From positions 131,105 to 195,104 of the forward strand of contig CBDHDF010000004.1 in NCBI GenBank assembly GCA_965261545.1: a DNA stretch of 64,000 bases, in the 5' to 3' direction. This DNA comes from Bdellovibrionales bacterium. Its GTDB lineage: Bacteria > Bdellovibrionota > Bdellovibrionia > Bdellovibrionales > UBA1609. Positions 9,698 through 19,945 of the stretch are shown in pieces. The notes beneath the pieces were generated by a model that ran no database searches, was not told the DNA's origin, and worked only from the letters and a program-made list of their open reading frames with translations. Both the position numbers and the translations under genes were made by a program. The number at the start of each line of letters is the position of its first letter. Within the stretch, counting starts at the first letter, position 1.

Positions 9698-10984
9698 CTA
9701 AGAATCTTCCTCCTCAAAGGAGCCTCCCCTTGGATGATAAGAGCAACGAAACCCAAGATAGGAATCCTTATATTTTGAAGAATAACTTAAGAAGACAGAA
9801 AACACCCCTGATGATGTACTTTTCTCATCAATAAAAGAGCCTCCACGAATAACAGTGCCCTTTTTGTGATCGACAACAGCCGCCCCAAGACCACCATGAA
9901 TTAAAGATGCGTAATTTCCCAAGGGGCCGAATTGATCCTTGGCCATACGAGCCACTATTGTTGTGCCCCCCCTAAGACTCCGAAGGGTATTATGGGTTTG
10001 GACTGTCAGCTTGGCAACCAAGGTATTTTTGCCATAAGAGGCCTTGCTTTCATCTTTCACCCACTCAGAAACATTTCCAGAAAAATCCCAAATGATTTCG
10101 CCATTGGAGAGAGTATGGGTTCTCTTATGCTCATTCCAAGAAGTACCTGGACAAGGTTGAGACATGTGAAAACAGCCCTGAAGATCATTAGGGCTTGCAG
10201 CTAAAGTCTTCTTAGGGCCTTCAAAGGCTCCAGAATGCCCTTGGTTTAAACCCTTTGTGGATCCAATTTTTTGATCTCCCCAATTCAAAGAAACGCTCTC
10301 AATATTTCGAGCAATGGTTTGCCACTCATCATTGGTAATAAGATTGTAGAGATCATGGTCTTTCTCGCTTCCAGCCAAAGCCTTGCAAGCCTTTATGGCC
10401 TCCTCTCTGTCTAAGTTGACATAAGGAGTTTGGGCCGCCTCGGAAACCACCTTGTTGGAACCATCATTTTTCATTTCATATTTGGCAACACAAAAGCTTC
10501 GATTTGTATAACCCTTTAAAGGAGGTACACCTATAAAACCCTTGGGGCAAACAAAGTGGTTGATGAGCTGAGTAGATAACTTTCCTAGCTCTTTATTGCC
10601 AACCGATTTATGAATACCAGTCAATGGAATAGAAGAAATCTTGTTCCAAGCCGTCAAGTCCAAAGTGATACTCCAGGCTCCATTGGTACAGGTCAAAGGA
10701 GATAGGTCTAAAACCCCTATTTTTAGTTGAATCGGCTGCCCTTCTTCGGAACATTGACCTTTTAATACAAATTTTTTCACATTTTGAGAGTGGATTTCCA
10801 GAGAAGGGTCAGAATTTATAGATAATAAAACAGGAGCCCTGGGAAGTGTCGCCTTTTTTAAAGCTGAATCTTCGCCTTGAATCCACTGAGTTCCCTTAGA
10901 ACATGCGATTAAAAATAAGACACACAAATAAAGATGCAGTAATAAGAGAAATGATACACGAATTTGTTTTACCATTTTTACCAT
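9698..10984 (-). CDS. Lipoprotein with an FGE-sulfatase (SUMF1-like, C-type-lectin fold) domain
   Basis: LIAC lipobox; FCVAKYEM, LITNDEW, IWDFSGNVSEW and RGGS...GFRC motifs. Confidence 0.8.
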   Translation of the reverse strand: MVKMVKQIRVSFLLLLHLYLCVLFLIACSKGTQWIQGEDSALKKATLPRAPVLLSINSDPSLEIHSQNVKKFVLKGQCSEEGQPIQLKIGVLDLSPLTCTNGAWSITLDLTAWNKISSIPLTGIHKSVGNKELGKLSTQLINHFVCPKGFIGVPPLKGYTNRSFCVAKYEMKNDGSNKVVSEAAQTPYVNLDREEAIKACKALAGSEKDHDLYNLITNDEWQTIARNIESVSLNWGDQKIGSTKGLNQGHSGAFEGPKKTLAASPNDLQGCFHMSQPCPGTSWNEHKRTHTLSNGEIIWDFSGNVSEWVKDESKASYGKNTLVAKLTVQTHNTLRSLRGGTTIVARMAKDQFGPLGNYASLIHGGLGAAVVDHKKGTVIRGGSFIDEKSTSSGVFSVFLSYSSKYKDSYLGFRCSYHPRGGSFEEEDS

Positions 10985-11258
10985 GATGATACCCTCTCTC
11001 TTGCCTCATCATAATGAAACACATTGTCTCACTTTCAACTATTGCAATGAGGTAAGTACCCTTTTTCTATAGGGACGATGAATTTTCTTAATATTGTTAT
11101 CGGCACTATCGGCTTTCAAAACTAGAAACTATAATGACTCGCCACTTGTCGAAGTACAGAATGTAGGCTATAAGAATGTAAGCTATAAGTCGGTAGAAAA
11201 GAGAGATTGAAACACATTGTAATTGAAATACGATTGTAGAGGTCGTGGTGGTGATTTT

Positions 11259-11606
11259 ATGAAAATAGGCCCTCAATTAGAAAAAGGCGCTCTCCAAAAA
11301 GAGAATTCTCACTTAGAAGAAGGTTCTCCCCAAATTCTCCATGCTGATTTGTGCGGAGAAAGCCTTGAAGTTAAAGTCGAAAAAGGGGCTAGTATTATCG
11401 AATGCCTTATCAACGAAGGTTACAACCCACCTTATTCATGTCTAGAAGGGGTTTGTACGGCCTGTCTCGCCAAGGTGACAGAAGGTGCCGTGGAACAGAG
11501 AGAACTTGGGGTTCTTACAGAAGACAACATAAGAAACCATGAGGTTTTGACTTGCCAAGCCCACCCTCTCACTCCTGTCGTCAAGGTTCAATACGATGAT
11601 TTATAG
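11259..11606 (+). CDS. 2Fe-2S ferredoxin
   Basis: PYSCLEGVCTAC...LTCQA motif. Confidence 0.9.
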   Translation: MKIGPQLEKGALQKENSHLEEGSPQILHADLCGESLEVKVEKGASIIECLINEGYNPPYSCLEGVCTACLAKVTEGAVEQRELGVLTEDNIRNHEVLTCQAHPLTPVVKVQYDDL

Positions 11607-11661
11607 AATTCACACAGACCTTCCCATGTCATATAACCAATTAAAAAGTAAGGAACTAAAT

Positions 11662-11738
11662 TGGTTGGGTTACCCGGACTCGAACCGGGGACCTCTACCA
11701 TGTCAAGGTAGCACTCTAACCAACTGAGCTATAACCCA
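11662..11738 (-). tRNA. tRNA-Val(GAC)
   Basis: The reverse complement folds as a cloverleaf: acceptor TGGGTTA/TAACCCA, anticodon arm CTACC-TTGACAT-GGTAG, GGTTCGAGTCC T-arm and an encoded CCA. Confidence 0.96.
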
Positions 11739-11973
11739 ATAACTCCCAAGGCACACACCTTCAGAAGTGAATCAGAGAGAAGAGAATGGAAGAAAGATAT
11801 CCTTTTGATGATTTTAGGTCAAGAAATATTGTTCATGCTCTCAAAAGTTATATCAATTCTTCCGATATAACTCTAAGTCATAAGATATAATATAATACTA
11901 ATGTCGATCCAGCTCAAATGCTTTTGAAGCTGCATCTTCTTGCGCCTTGGAGCTCATTTCATATGGAGGTTTT

Positions 11974-13788
11974 ATGGAGACAAAGCTTGTTATGACCACA
12001 AGGTCCGTTTCTACGATGTATCACGGGGGCATTGTTTTCATATCATATCTTTGGCTGAGTATTTTTGCACTTAGCAGTGGAGCCGCAGCCCCGAACGACA
12101 CAGAGAAATCTGAAACCGACAGGCTTAAAAGTCGCATCAATGCCATATGTGGGAAAAGTATCGACGACATCAAAAAAACACGTGACGAACAAATGGCAAG
12201 CTTAAATTGTGAAAGTAAAACAGATACAGCAAAGACAACTTGTGACAACGAAAGAAAAGCTATAAAAGATAGGTCCAATAAAAAGATCCGAGAATTTGAT
12301 TCATGCCCAGAAAGAGTCGCTAGAGAAGACTTGGCTCAATCGTCCGTGGAAACTGTGGAAGAAAAATCCTGCCGAGAATCTCGAAAAGATCTCAGTAAAG
12401 CCAAAACAGCCATATCCAAGAAATGTGGTGCGAAATGTTTGGACAAAGCCGTTCAGTGTGTTCGTTGCTCTCAAGGGGATACAAGCTGTGATGAAGATGA
12501 TGACGACGACGATGAAGAAGATAGTGAAAAAATAAATATTCTTAAAATATGGGAAAATCGTAAAGACAGCCCATCAAAGAAAGAAGCTCTTAAAAATATT
12601 CGCAACCTCGAACGAGAATTTAAATCTTGTCCCCTTGTAGCCAGTGATGATTTAAAGTCTCTCAAAGAGGATATCAAAGATATCAAGAAAGAAAAGAAAG
12701 ATTTAGAAAAAGATATTTCAGACAAACAAAAAGAAATAGATGAGCTTAAGGAGAAAGATGCGAAGGCAACTCTAGAATTTGAAGCATCAAAATCAAAACT
12801 CGAACAGGAAATGGAAGATCTCACCGGTGAACTTGAAAAGAATCTTGAAGAAGTCACCACAGAGGGAGAGCGCAAAGTCTTGGAGATTGAAAAGCGCTTG
12901 GTAGAAATCGACGGAGAAATTGAAGGACTAAATCTGGACGAAGTCAAGACCCAACATGCCCTCAATGAGGTTCGCTTGAAAGCCCAGGGAGAGTGCCATG
13001 AATCAGCCCTTCGACAAGTCGGAGAATTGCGCAAAAGAAAGGCCAAGCTTGTACAAGAGAGTCTAGATATAAAAGGAGGCTTTAAATCTCTTCTAAGGGG
13101 TGCGGGCCTTTCCAAGAAAGCTGCCGCCAAAAAGCTAGTTCAAGAACTCCGCCGAGACTGTATGAATGATAAGATCTACAAAAACAAAATGAAAGTGCTT
13201 TACACAAAGACAGAACAGACAAAAAAACTTATTAAAGCTTCCATTCAATCCAAGAAGAAAGAAAAAGAACAACTACGATCGAGTGCCAAAAAGATATTGT
13301 CTGAAGTATCAAGAAGTGCAGAAAAAGCATTGAAAGAGGCCGCCAAACTCATTAAACGCAAAGAGAAAGAAATTGTTCAGGTGCAAAAAAATCGTGCCAT
13401 CGATCAACAAGCATTTCAATCCAACCTTGATCGTCTTCAGCGTGAAATACACAATCTTCGCCTTCAACTTCAAGAGAGTGAAGAATTCTTAGCAAATAAA
13501 CAGCGTATCTTGGGACTAAAACAAAAATACAAGGTTCCAGGACTTAAAGGTGATTCTACAGACGCCATTGGATTGACGGAAGATGCCAGAAATAAGGCTC
13601 GCGATGTAATGTCAAATTGCTCTTGTCCCTCCTCCATAGATAGCTCTCTAAACGCTTCTCAAATCAGAGAGATTATGAAGAAATGTGAAAGTTCTTATCG
13701 ATTTCTTAACAGAGTTTCCTCAGAAGCAGAGTACCCCACTCGCAATGATGATAGTCCATCAACGACGAACAGTTCAGGTGCCAGATAA
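11974..13788 (+). CDS. Secreted Cys-containing long coiled-coil protein
   Basis: GGAGG RBS before ATG 11974, signal-like hydrophobic segment, paired Cys, poly-Asp tract and K/E heptad-rich region. Confidence 0.7.
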   Translation: METKLVMTTRSVSTMYHGGIVFISYLWLSIFALSSGAAAPNDTEKSETDRLKSRINAICGKSIDDIKKTRDEQMASLNCESKTDTAKTTCDNERKAIKDRSNKKIREFDSCPERVAREDLAQSSVETVEEKSCRESRKDLSKAKTAISKKCGAKCLDKAVQCVRCSQGDTSCDEDDDDDDEEDSEKINILKIWENRKDSPSKKEALKNIRNLEREFKSCPLVASDDLKSLKEDIKDIKKEKKDLEKDISDKQKEIDELKEKDAKATLEFEASKSKLEQEMEDLTGELEKNLEEVTTEGERKVLEIEKRLVEIDGEIEGLNLDEVKTQHALNEVRLKAQGECHESALRQVGELRKRKAKLVQESLDIKGGFKSLLRGAGLSKKAAAKKLVQELRRDCMNDKIYKNKMKVLYTKTEQTKKLIKASIQSKKKEKEQLRSSAKKILSEVSRSAEKALKEAAKLIKRKEKEIVQVQKNRAIDQQAFQSNLDRLQREIHNLRLQLQESEEFLANKQRILGLKQKYKVPGLKGDSTDAIGLTEDARNKARDVMSNCSCPSSIDSSLNASQIREIMKKCESSYRFLNRVSSEAEYPTRNDDSPSTTNSSGAR

Positions 13789-14039
13789 AAGCCAGATAAA
13801 AGGTAGTGTAAAAGTAAAATCTCAATCCATAGTATCAAAAAAATACACAAGAGCATCAAAAGAGAACACGAAGGTAGTGGCTGCTAGAAAGATCAACAAA
13901 ATTCATCGATATCAATAAATTCACATCATTGGCACTTCCCTTCCGTCGATATAGTTAATTCTTAAAGAAATATAACCGATAAATTAAATGTAACCACTGG
14001 TAACGACTCAGAACAAACTCATCACTATGGAAATATATT

Positions 14040-14717
14040 ATGCAAACAAGACCGTGGATTGAGCTTCCATTCTTATGGATGCTTCTTTTAAACATTCTTC
14101 TTGGAGGAGGTGATCTTACAAACCACCCCTTTAAGGTGACTAAGACTGTCTATGCTCAGACATCAAGTTATCCAGCATGCCGTAAGTTTGGCAATCTTCC
14201 TGAGCAAGATCATTACTGCACTCGTATTGAAGGTGAACACCCCCAAGGATGCTGCCCTCCACTCATAGAAGAACCAATAACTTGTCACTATGCAAAACGT
14301 AGTTACAGCCAACCCATATTGGCCAACAGCTTCTACTACACCTGCGAAACAGATGCAAACGGCACAAAAAGAAACACACCTCATAGGTGTTGTATAAAAT
14401 CAAAAGAATATTGCTATAGTGACTTGCGATCTGTTTCTTTTATTCCCTTCCTGACCTATGGTTGGAGTGAATCCCCTAAAGCATGTTGTTTTGCCGCTTG
14501 TCCTAATGCTGTGTATTGGTCCAATCATCCAGATACCAGCCAACAAGTTCCATCCAATTACAAACGCCTCAAGAACGCTTCCATTCCTACATGTCAAGAA
14601 TCCATAGATCGATGTGACTATGGCGATGTAGAGTCATGCTTAGAGAGTGAATATTGCCCATACATACGAAGACCTCGCCCAACCACGCCACCACCAAAAG
14701 CTCCAGAAGGTGGTTAA
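14040..14717 (+). CDS. Secreted cysteine-rich hypothetical protein
   Basis: N-terminal hydrophobic segment, many Cys including three CC pairs, and a Pro-rich tail. Confidence 0.65.
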   Translation: MQTRPWIELPFLWMLLLNILLGGGDLTNHPFKVTKTVYAQTSSYPACRKFGNLPEQDHYCTRIEGEHPQGCCPPLIEEPITCHYAKRSYSQPILANSFYYTCETDANGTKRNTPHRCCIKSKEYCYSDLRSVSFIPFLTYGWSESPKACCFAACPNAVYWSNHPDTSQQVPSNYKRLKNASIPTCQESIDRCDYGDVESCLESEYCPYIRRPRPTTPPPKAPEGG

Positions 14718-14827
14718 CTTTCACTTTCTCGCATTGAGACTTCACCAGCCTTTAAAGCATAAAAGGAATAAAGGAGGAAAAGATCAAAAACAGCACTAGG
14801 TTCTTTAGAATTAGATTTTTCAGATCA

Positions 14828-16975
14828 TTGAACCTGAGTGGTACCCTCGGATGGATACTATTAGCTCCCATGCTCCTCTTTTATCAGAATTGTGGTACTT
14901 ACGATATTTCCCTACAAGAATTCAAAGATGCAGCCGTCAACATTCCTGAGTTTAAATTGGAGGCTCCCACAGAACTTCATAAAATAGATCGCTACATATT
15001 TCTTGTGGACATGAGCCTCTCCATGGTATCTGGACCATGTTCACAGGATGTGGATGGAGACCTTATTTTTTCCAAAAATCAAAACCGAAAAGCTGTCAAT
15101 GGATGGGACCCCAATAAACGCCTATCTCACCTGTCTGATACAGATTATCAACAAAGTACGGCCTACGATTGTTACGTGCGGCCACAGTATGGTCCCGATG
15201 ACTACCCCTTGGCCTACCAAGATGCAAATTTCTCAGATTCACCCATCATTCAAAATTCTACCATTCGAGGATCAGACTATGAAGCCCATCGCCTTTCCCT
15301 TGTGACCCAGTGGGTAGCTCAATTGAGAAATAATTTAAGTCCAACAAGAAGAGAACGAGCCCAAATACTCATCGCCCCTTACACCTCGACCAGAGCGATG
15401 AAGCATTTAACTTCCCAAATTCACTTTGAACTCAAATGGGCCGATCTCAACGATGGGTTCATTGACGATCTCCTTGCAGATTTAAAGAAAATCCATGAAC
15501 AAGTCCGCACAGTCGCTGAAGATCAAGATGATTTTCATCGATGGGAAAATCGTCCCATGGGAGCCTCATCGCCCTCGGAAGTCCTTAGCTCCATCTATGA
15601 TATTATACTCAAAAACATGGATGAATTAGCTCAAAAGGGACTCTTACAAAGAGCTGTTTACTATATAACTCTTCTCTCAGATGGAATGTTAACACCCACC
15701 AGAAAACAAATAGACCTTGCTGTATCCACTCATCATGAATGTGCATCATGCATGGATTCAGGCAACACCTGCCCTTATAAACCTTGTGGAAAAATCAGAG
15801 AGGGCCTTGAAAAAATCCTAGGGCCTGCGGACATAGATGCTAAAACTCTTCTCGCTTTAAGAATGGGTAAGATCCAAGCGCTAAATGCTCTATTTGGTTC
15901 AGGTCAGATCGTCAACCACCTTGTCCAGATAAACAAAGATTATTATAATAAAGTTTACGGAAAGTTTGAAAGCCTATTTGATATCTTATCTGAAGGATTT
16001 GAAAAACATCATTACGCATATAATCTATGGGAATCTGAAGGCACTAAACTTCCCTTTCCCCTTGCTATAAAGGACAATGAACACAAAAATTTCGCCCTAG
16101 ATCAAACCATCATTCTCAATCCTTATATTCGCACATCCACAAATGGCCTCATCCAATATGACTCTGATGCCGATGGACTGCTTGATAGCGATGAGGAGGC
16201 CATGGGTACAGACCCTCTCAACCCCAGATCCAACGGAATTTGTTTAGATAGTCTCGCCACTCACAGTGCTCATGAAGAAAAATGTAGAAATCTTACTCAA
16301 GTACTCGACTGTAATCCCTATTTTGATCCAGACAGAGATTCTCTCAATGAATGTGAAGAAAATCTTATAGGTACATCTCCCCTTGATTTCGACACAGACA
16401 ACGACTCTATACCCGATTATTTTGAATGGACTTATCAATTAAACCCACTTCTCAATGAAAAAGATTTGGACTCAAATGGTGATGGAGTGACCAATCTTAA
16501 AGCCTTCTTAGCGGGTCTAAGTCCCTATCATGGCTTTGACAACCTTGAAGAAGGCACCTATGTAAGATTTGAAATCAATGAAATATTACACAAAGACAAA
16601 TCAAAACCGTCTGAATCCCGTTTTTCCATAAATATTCAAAATATACCTCTTAGCTCAGGGGTGAAATATGGTTCCATTCCAAGACAGCAATCCTGTCTTC
16701 TCTATCATACGCGTCAACTGGGGGCTTCCCATGAAGAGAATTGTACACAAAATCCCATCAAAGAAGATCAACTCTTCTTTCAATTGAACTCTCGCCCCGG
16801 ATTTAACAAGGCTCTGGCTTTATTGAGAGTCAGAAATAAAAATATTAAAAATGACATAGCTTGGAAGATCATGAGGATTGATCTGCAAGAGGGAGCGCAT
16901 AAAGATAAAATATTTATCAACTCCCTTGTTAACAATTTTAAAGATTTCAATGTATTAGATAGAATTGATGAATAA
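14828..16975 (+). CDS. Lipoprotein with a vWA domain and thrombospondin-type-3-like Ca-binding repeats
   Basis: FYQNC lipobox; MIDAS-like DMSLS and LSDG; DSDADGLLDSDE..GTDP and DTDNDSIPD repeats. Confidence 0.75.
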   Translation: MNLSGTLGWILLAPMLLFYQNCGTYDISLQEFKDAAVNIPEFKLEAPTELHKIDRYIFLVDMSLSMVSGPCSQDVDGDLIFSKNQNRKAVNGWDPNKRLSHLSDTDYQQSTAYDCYVRPQYGPDDYPLAYQDANFSDSPIIQNSTIRGSDYEAHRLSLVTQWVAQLRNNLSPTRRERAQILIAPYTSTRAMKHLTSQIHFELKWADLNDGFIDDLLADLKKIHEQVRTVAEDQDDFHRWENRPMGASSPSEVLSSIYDIILKNMDELAQKGLLQRAVYYITLLSDGMLTPTRKQIDLAVSTHHECASCMDSGNTCPYKPCGKIREGLEKILGPADIDAKTLLALRMGKIQALNALFGSGQIVNHLVQINKDYYNKVYGKFESLFDILSEGFEKHHYAYNLWESEGTKLPFPLAIKDNEHKNFALDQTIILNPYIRTSTNGLIQYDSDADGLLDSDEEAMGTDPLNPRSNGICLDSLATHSAHEEKCRNLTQVLDCNPYFDPDRDSLNECEENLIGTSPLDFDTDNDSIPDYFEWTYQLNPLLNEKDLDSNGDGVTNLKAFLAGLSPYHGFDNLEEGTYVRFEINEILHKDKSKPSESRFSINIQNIPLSSGVKYGSIPRQQSCLLYHTRQLGASHEENCTQNPIKEDQLFFQLNSRPGFNKALALLRVRNKNIKNDIAWKIMRIDLQEGAHKDKIFINSLVNNFKDFNVLDRIDE

Positions 16976-17063
16976 TAAGACAAGCTCAATGAGGTAAAAT
17001 TATAAAATTATTGAGAGAAAACTCTGAGAGAAAACTATTGAAAAAAATAATGAGGCAGCACTT

Positions 17064-18944
17064 TTGAAAAAAATCATCTTATTTTCTATTTTATTTTTTT
17101 CTTTTGCAATTACTTTTCAGAATTGCTCTAAACATTCACTCGTCTTAATTGAAGAAGAAGTCAAGTCGATTCCTTCCTCCATAGGATTGACAGCAAGTCT
17201 CTGCTCTGGAGTTTCTTCTTTGAGTATGGAAAACAATAAATTTCTCGTTGTCTTAGATATGTCAACATCCAATATAGGAGATTGGAGAACAGAAGACGAT
17301 AAATCCTATTGGGATCCCAGCCTTGGAACAGATATCCATGGAGTGCGATTTCAGTCCATTGAGAATCTTATTTCTTCATGTGCTTCATCAGCAGGAAACA
17401 AATTTGCCTTCATTGGATTTGCTAAAGATGCGGGTCGGATTAGTTATGATAGTAATAAGCGAGCCTATTTAACCTGCAATAATATGGAAAAGATTTCCTT
17501 CAAAAGCAAAGAAGAAGCACTCCGCGAGTTAGAAGTATTCAAAAACGCCTGGAAATCAGAAGAAAAATACTACAGCCAATGGCTAAATCGTCCATACAAT
17601 AACTACCCATGGCGCTGGTCAGATGCTCTTAGAAGAACTTCTTACAATTCAGCTATTCAATGTTCTCGCACAGTTATATATAAAGATCTCCAAAAGTCTT
17701 ATGAGCAACAAGTGAGCAACTATCAGGTTCTATTCCTCTCAGATGGAGCCCCTTTTTATCATCCTGAAACAGCCCACCCCTGCGCTAGTGCTGGAGAGCC
17801 AGGGTCAGAAGCGAGAGATGAGTGCTATAACGAAAGAGTCAGTCTCACACTTAAAAATATTTTTACAGATGTAAAAGCCCTACGTCGCAGAATTAATTTA
17901 TTTGTGGTAGGTTACGGCATTGATAGTGACGAAGATTTTAAATTTCTTGAAAGCTTAGCTTCCTCAGTGCAAGTAGGTGTTTCTCCTAGAAAAATTGATA
18001 GCTTCGAGCAAGATGCAGATGTTTTATGTAAATTTATTTCAAGTAGATTAGGCGTTGAAACTTACATCGACTCTCTTGGAATTGTTGTCTTAAGTCTTCG
18101 CCAAGAGGGTGGGCAGTACTGGAGTGATAGTGATATGGACGGCATTCTCGATAAAGACGAAGTCGATCTAGGATACGATCCACAACATCCACGCAGTGGA
18201 GTTCCTGGAGTCTTGGATGGAGTTTGTGAAAAAATAGGTGGTATCGAAGCCTGCCGCCAAGTCGCCCAAAAAGTCATCTGTGATGCAAATTCATTGAGCC
18301 TCGATGGTTTTTCTGATTGTGACACCAAAATCATAAAACAGCACTGGAGCCACTTGAGCCCAGAAAATGATTCAGATTATTGGAACTCTACAGACTGGGA
18401 TAAGGATAGTGTACCAAATTTCATTGAAATTGTAAAAGGAACAGATCCTTTTATTGATGATATGAATCGTGATCCCGATAACGACGGACTCAACACAATG
18501 TTTGAAATTATGCACTCGAAGAATCCTTTTGAACACGAAAGCCTTGCAAATCCTAATTTGCTACCCGTGGTGATAAATCATCAGGATACCAAGGTCACTG
18601 AAAAACAATGCACTGGAAGTGGTAAGAACTTTTTAACCCTCGAAAGTATGCCCCCAATTTCCAGTCAAGCCACGACCAAGAATGGTCTTAGGGATTCGCT
18701 GCAACACGAAGCCGACGAACACATTGTCGCTATTTTCTCATCCAAAAAATCCAGAAACCACACTCTAGCTAACAAAGGAATCAGTGGGAGCTTCATTAAA
18801 CTTCAAAAGAAGGTGATTAAGAGTGAAATAAATAAAAAGAATGGAAGAAGTGAGGAGAGTGACAAAAATGGAGATGAGAAAATTATCTTAACTCCATCTA
18901 TGAAAATATTAACGGAGAAAGAGCTTGAAGATTGGGGATTGTAA
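17064..18944 (+). CDS. Lipoprotein with a vWA domain and thrombospondin-type-3-like repeats (paralog)
   Basis: FQNC lipobox; DMSTS and LSDG; DSDMDGILD, DWDKDSVP and DPDNDGL repeats. Confidence 0.75.
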   Translation: MKKIILFSILFFSFAITFQNCSKHSLVLIEEEVKSIPSSIGLTASLCSGVSSLSMENNKFLVVLDMSTSNIGDWRTEDDKSYWDPSLGTDIHGVRFQSIENLISSCASSAGNKFAFIGFAKDAGRISYDSNKRAYLTCNNMEKISFKSKEEALRELEVFKNAWKSEEKYYSQWLNRPYNNYPWRWSDALRRTSYNSAIQCSRTVIYKDLQKSYEQQVSNYQVLFLSDGAPFYHPETAHPCASAGEPGSEARDECYNERVSLTLKNIFTDVKALRRRINLFVVGYGIDSDEDFKFLESLASSVQVGVSPRKIDSFEQDADVLCKFISSRLGVETYIDSLGIVVLSLRQEGGQYWSDSDMDGILDKDEVDLGYDPQHPRSGVPGVLDGVCEKIGGIEACRQVAQKVICDANSLSLDGFSDCDTKIIKQHWSHLSPENDSDYWNSTDWDKDSVPNFIEIVKGTDPFIDDMNRDPDNDGLNTMFEIMHSKNPFEHESLANPNLLPVVINHQDTKVTEKQCTGSGKNFLTLESMPPISSQATTKNGLRDSLQHEADEHIVAIFSSKKSRNHTLANKGISGSFIKLQKKVIKSEINKKNGRSEESDKNGDEKIILTPSMKILTEKELEDWGL

Positions 18945-19891
18945 TGAAACGCTTATACAGATTCTCTTTATATAAACTCTCTCTGGGAATTTTTGTGACT
19001 GGAGCCATGACTGTCAGTTTCCAAAATTGTGGTGATATAAGTTTAACAGAATCTATCTCTTCAAATTTAGGATCTTCCACCTTAGATATAAGTGGATCCC
19101 TTTGCTTAGATCCAGGTTTTACATTGACAAATTTTTTCATCACCAACCTCTCTATGAAACCAAATGGCAATGATTTAAGTGCCGATACTGATATTGATGG
19201 GCTAAGTGACTATTTTGAAATAAAACAAGGTTTTGATCCCAATGTAGCAAGAAGTCAAGGGCCAGTGCTTGATGGAGTCTGCTTTTATCTCACAGAGACA
19301 AATAACTGTCAAAATCTAAACACTCAGTGCGAAGAAAAAGAGCACCCATGGGGGCTTTCTGATTGCGATATTTATGCCTTGAATCTGCAAAGTCATAGCT
19401 CCTCTCAATTGGGCATTGATAGTGACAATGATGGAATCCCAGATAAAATAGAACTGGTTTTTGACCTTAACCCCGCAGTGAATGACGCTCTTCTGGATTA
19501 TGATAATGATAACATAAATAATATAACCGAAGTCTTACATATGACTCACCCTCGACAGAGCCACTCTTATATACCACAGGTGGAAGAGCCTATTGTTGCT
19601 CGAATAACTTCATCTCAAGAAAAAGAATGTGAAGACGAAGAATGGACATTCACAGCAAAGAATCAGAAAATCTACCATCTGCGATCTCAAGACTCTTCAA
19701 ACTCAAACACTCAAGAGCTATTGCCCAATCACTTCCTTATTGTCGCCTTATTAGAAAGGGTCCAAACTTCAAGTGATGTTGAAGAAAAAAGCATGTATAT
19801 TTATCTAAAGAAAAAACCCATGCAAGAATATGAGTCTCTCATCTTCTCTTCAGAAGATTTTCAAGAAGTAGATAATGAATTCTTTAAATGA
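18932..19891 (+). CDS. Lipoprotein with thrombospondin-type-3-like repeats (short paralog, no vWA)
   Basis: FQNC lipobox; DTDIDGLSD, DSDNDGIPD and DYDND repeats; shares VLDGVC and SDCD with the upstream paralog. Confidence 0.72.
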   Translation: MGIVMKRLYRFSLYKLSLGIFVTGAMTVSFQNCGDISLTESISSNLGSSTLDISGSLCLDPGFTLTNFFITNLSMKPNGNDLSADTDIDGLSDYFEIKQGFDPNVARSQGPVLDGVCFYLTETNNCQNLNTQCEEKEHPWGLSDCDIYALNLQSHSSSQLGIDSDNDGIPDKIELVFDLNPAVNDALLDYDNDNINNITEVLHMTHPRQSHSYIPQVEEPIVARITSSQEKECEDEEWTFTAKNQKIYHLRSQDSSNSNTQELLPNHFLIVALLERVQTSSDVEEKSMYIYLKKKPMQEYESLIFSSEDFQEVDNEFFK

Positions 19892-19945
19892 GTAAAAAAT
19901 TAATCCTAAGTAATTAATTCTGTAGAGAGGTGAATAAAAACTGCA

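Noticed and set aside
9698..10984. Diversity-generating retroelement
   Set aside because: No template repeat, RT or avd gene is visible in the window.
11662..19891. tRNA-Val-anchored integrative island
   Set aside because: The cluster lies on the tRNA 5' side, and I see no integrase and no duplicated tRNA 3' end.
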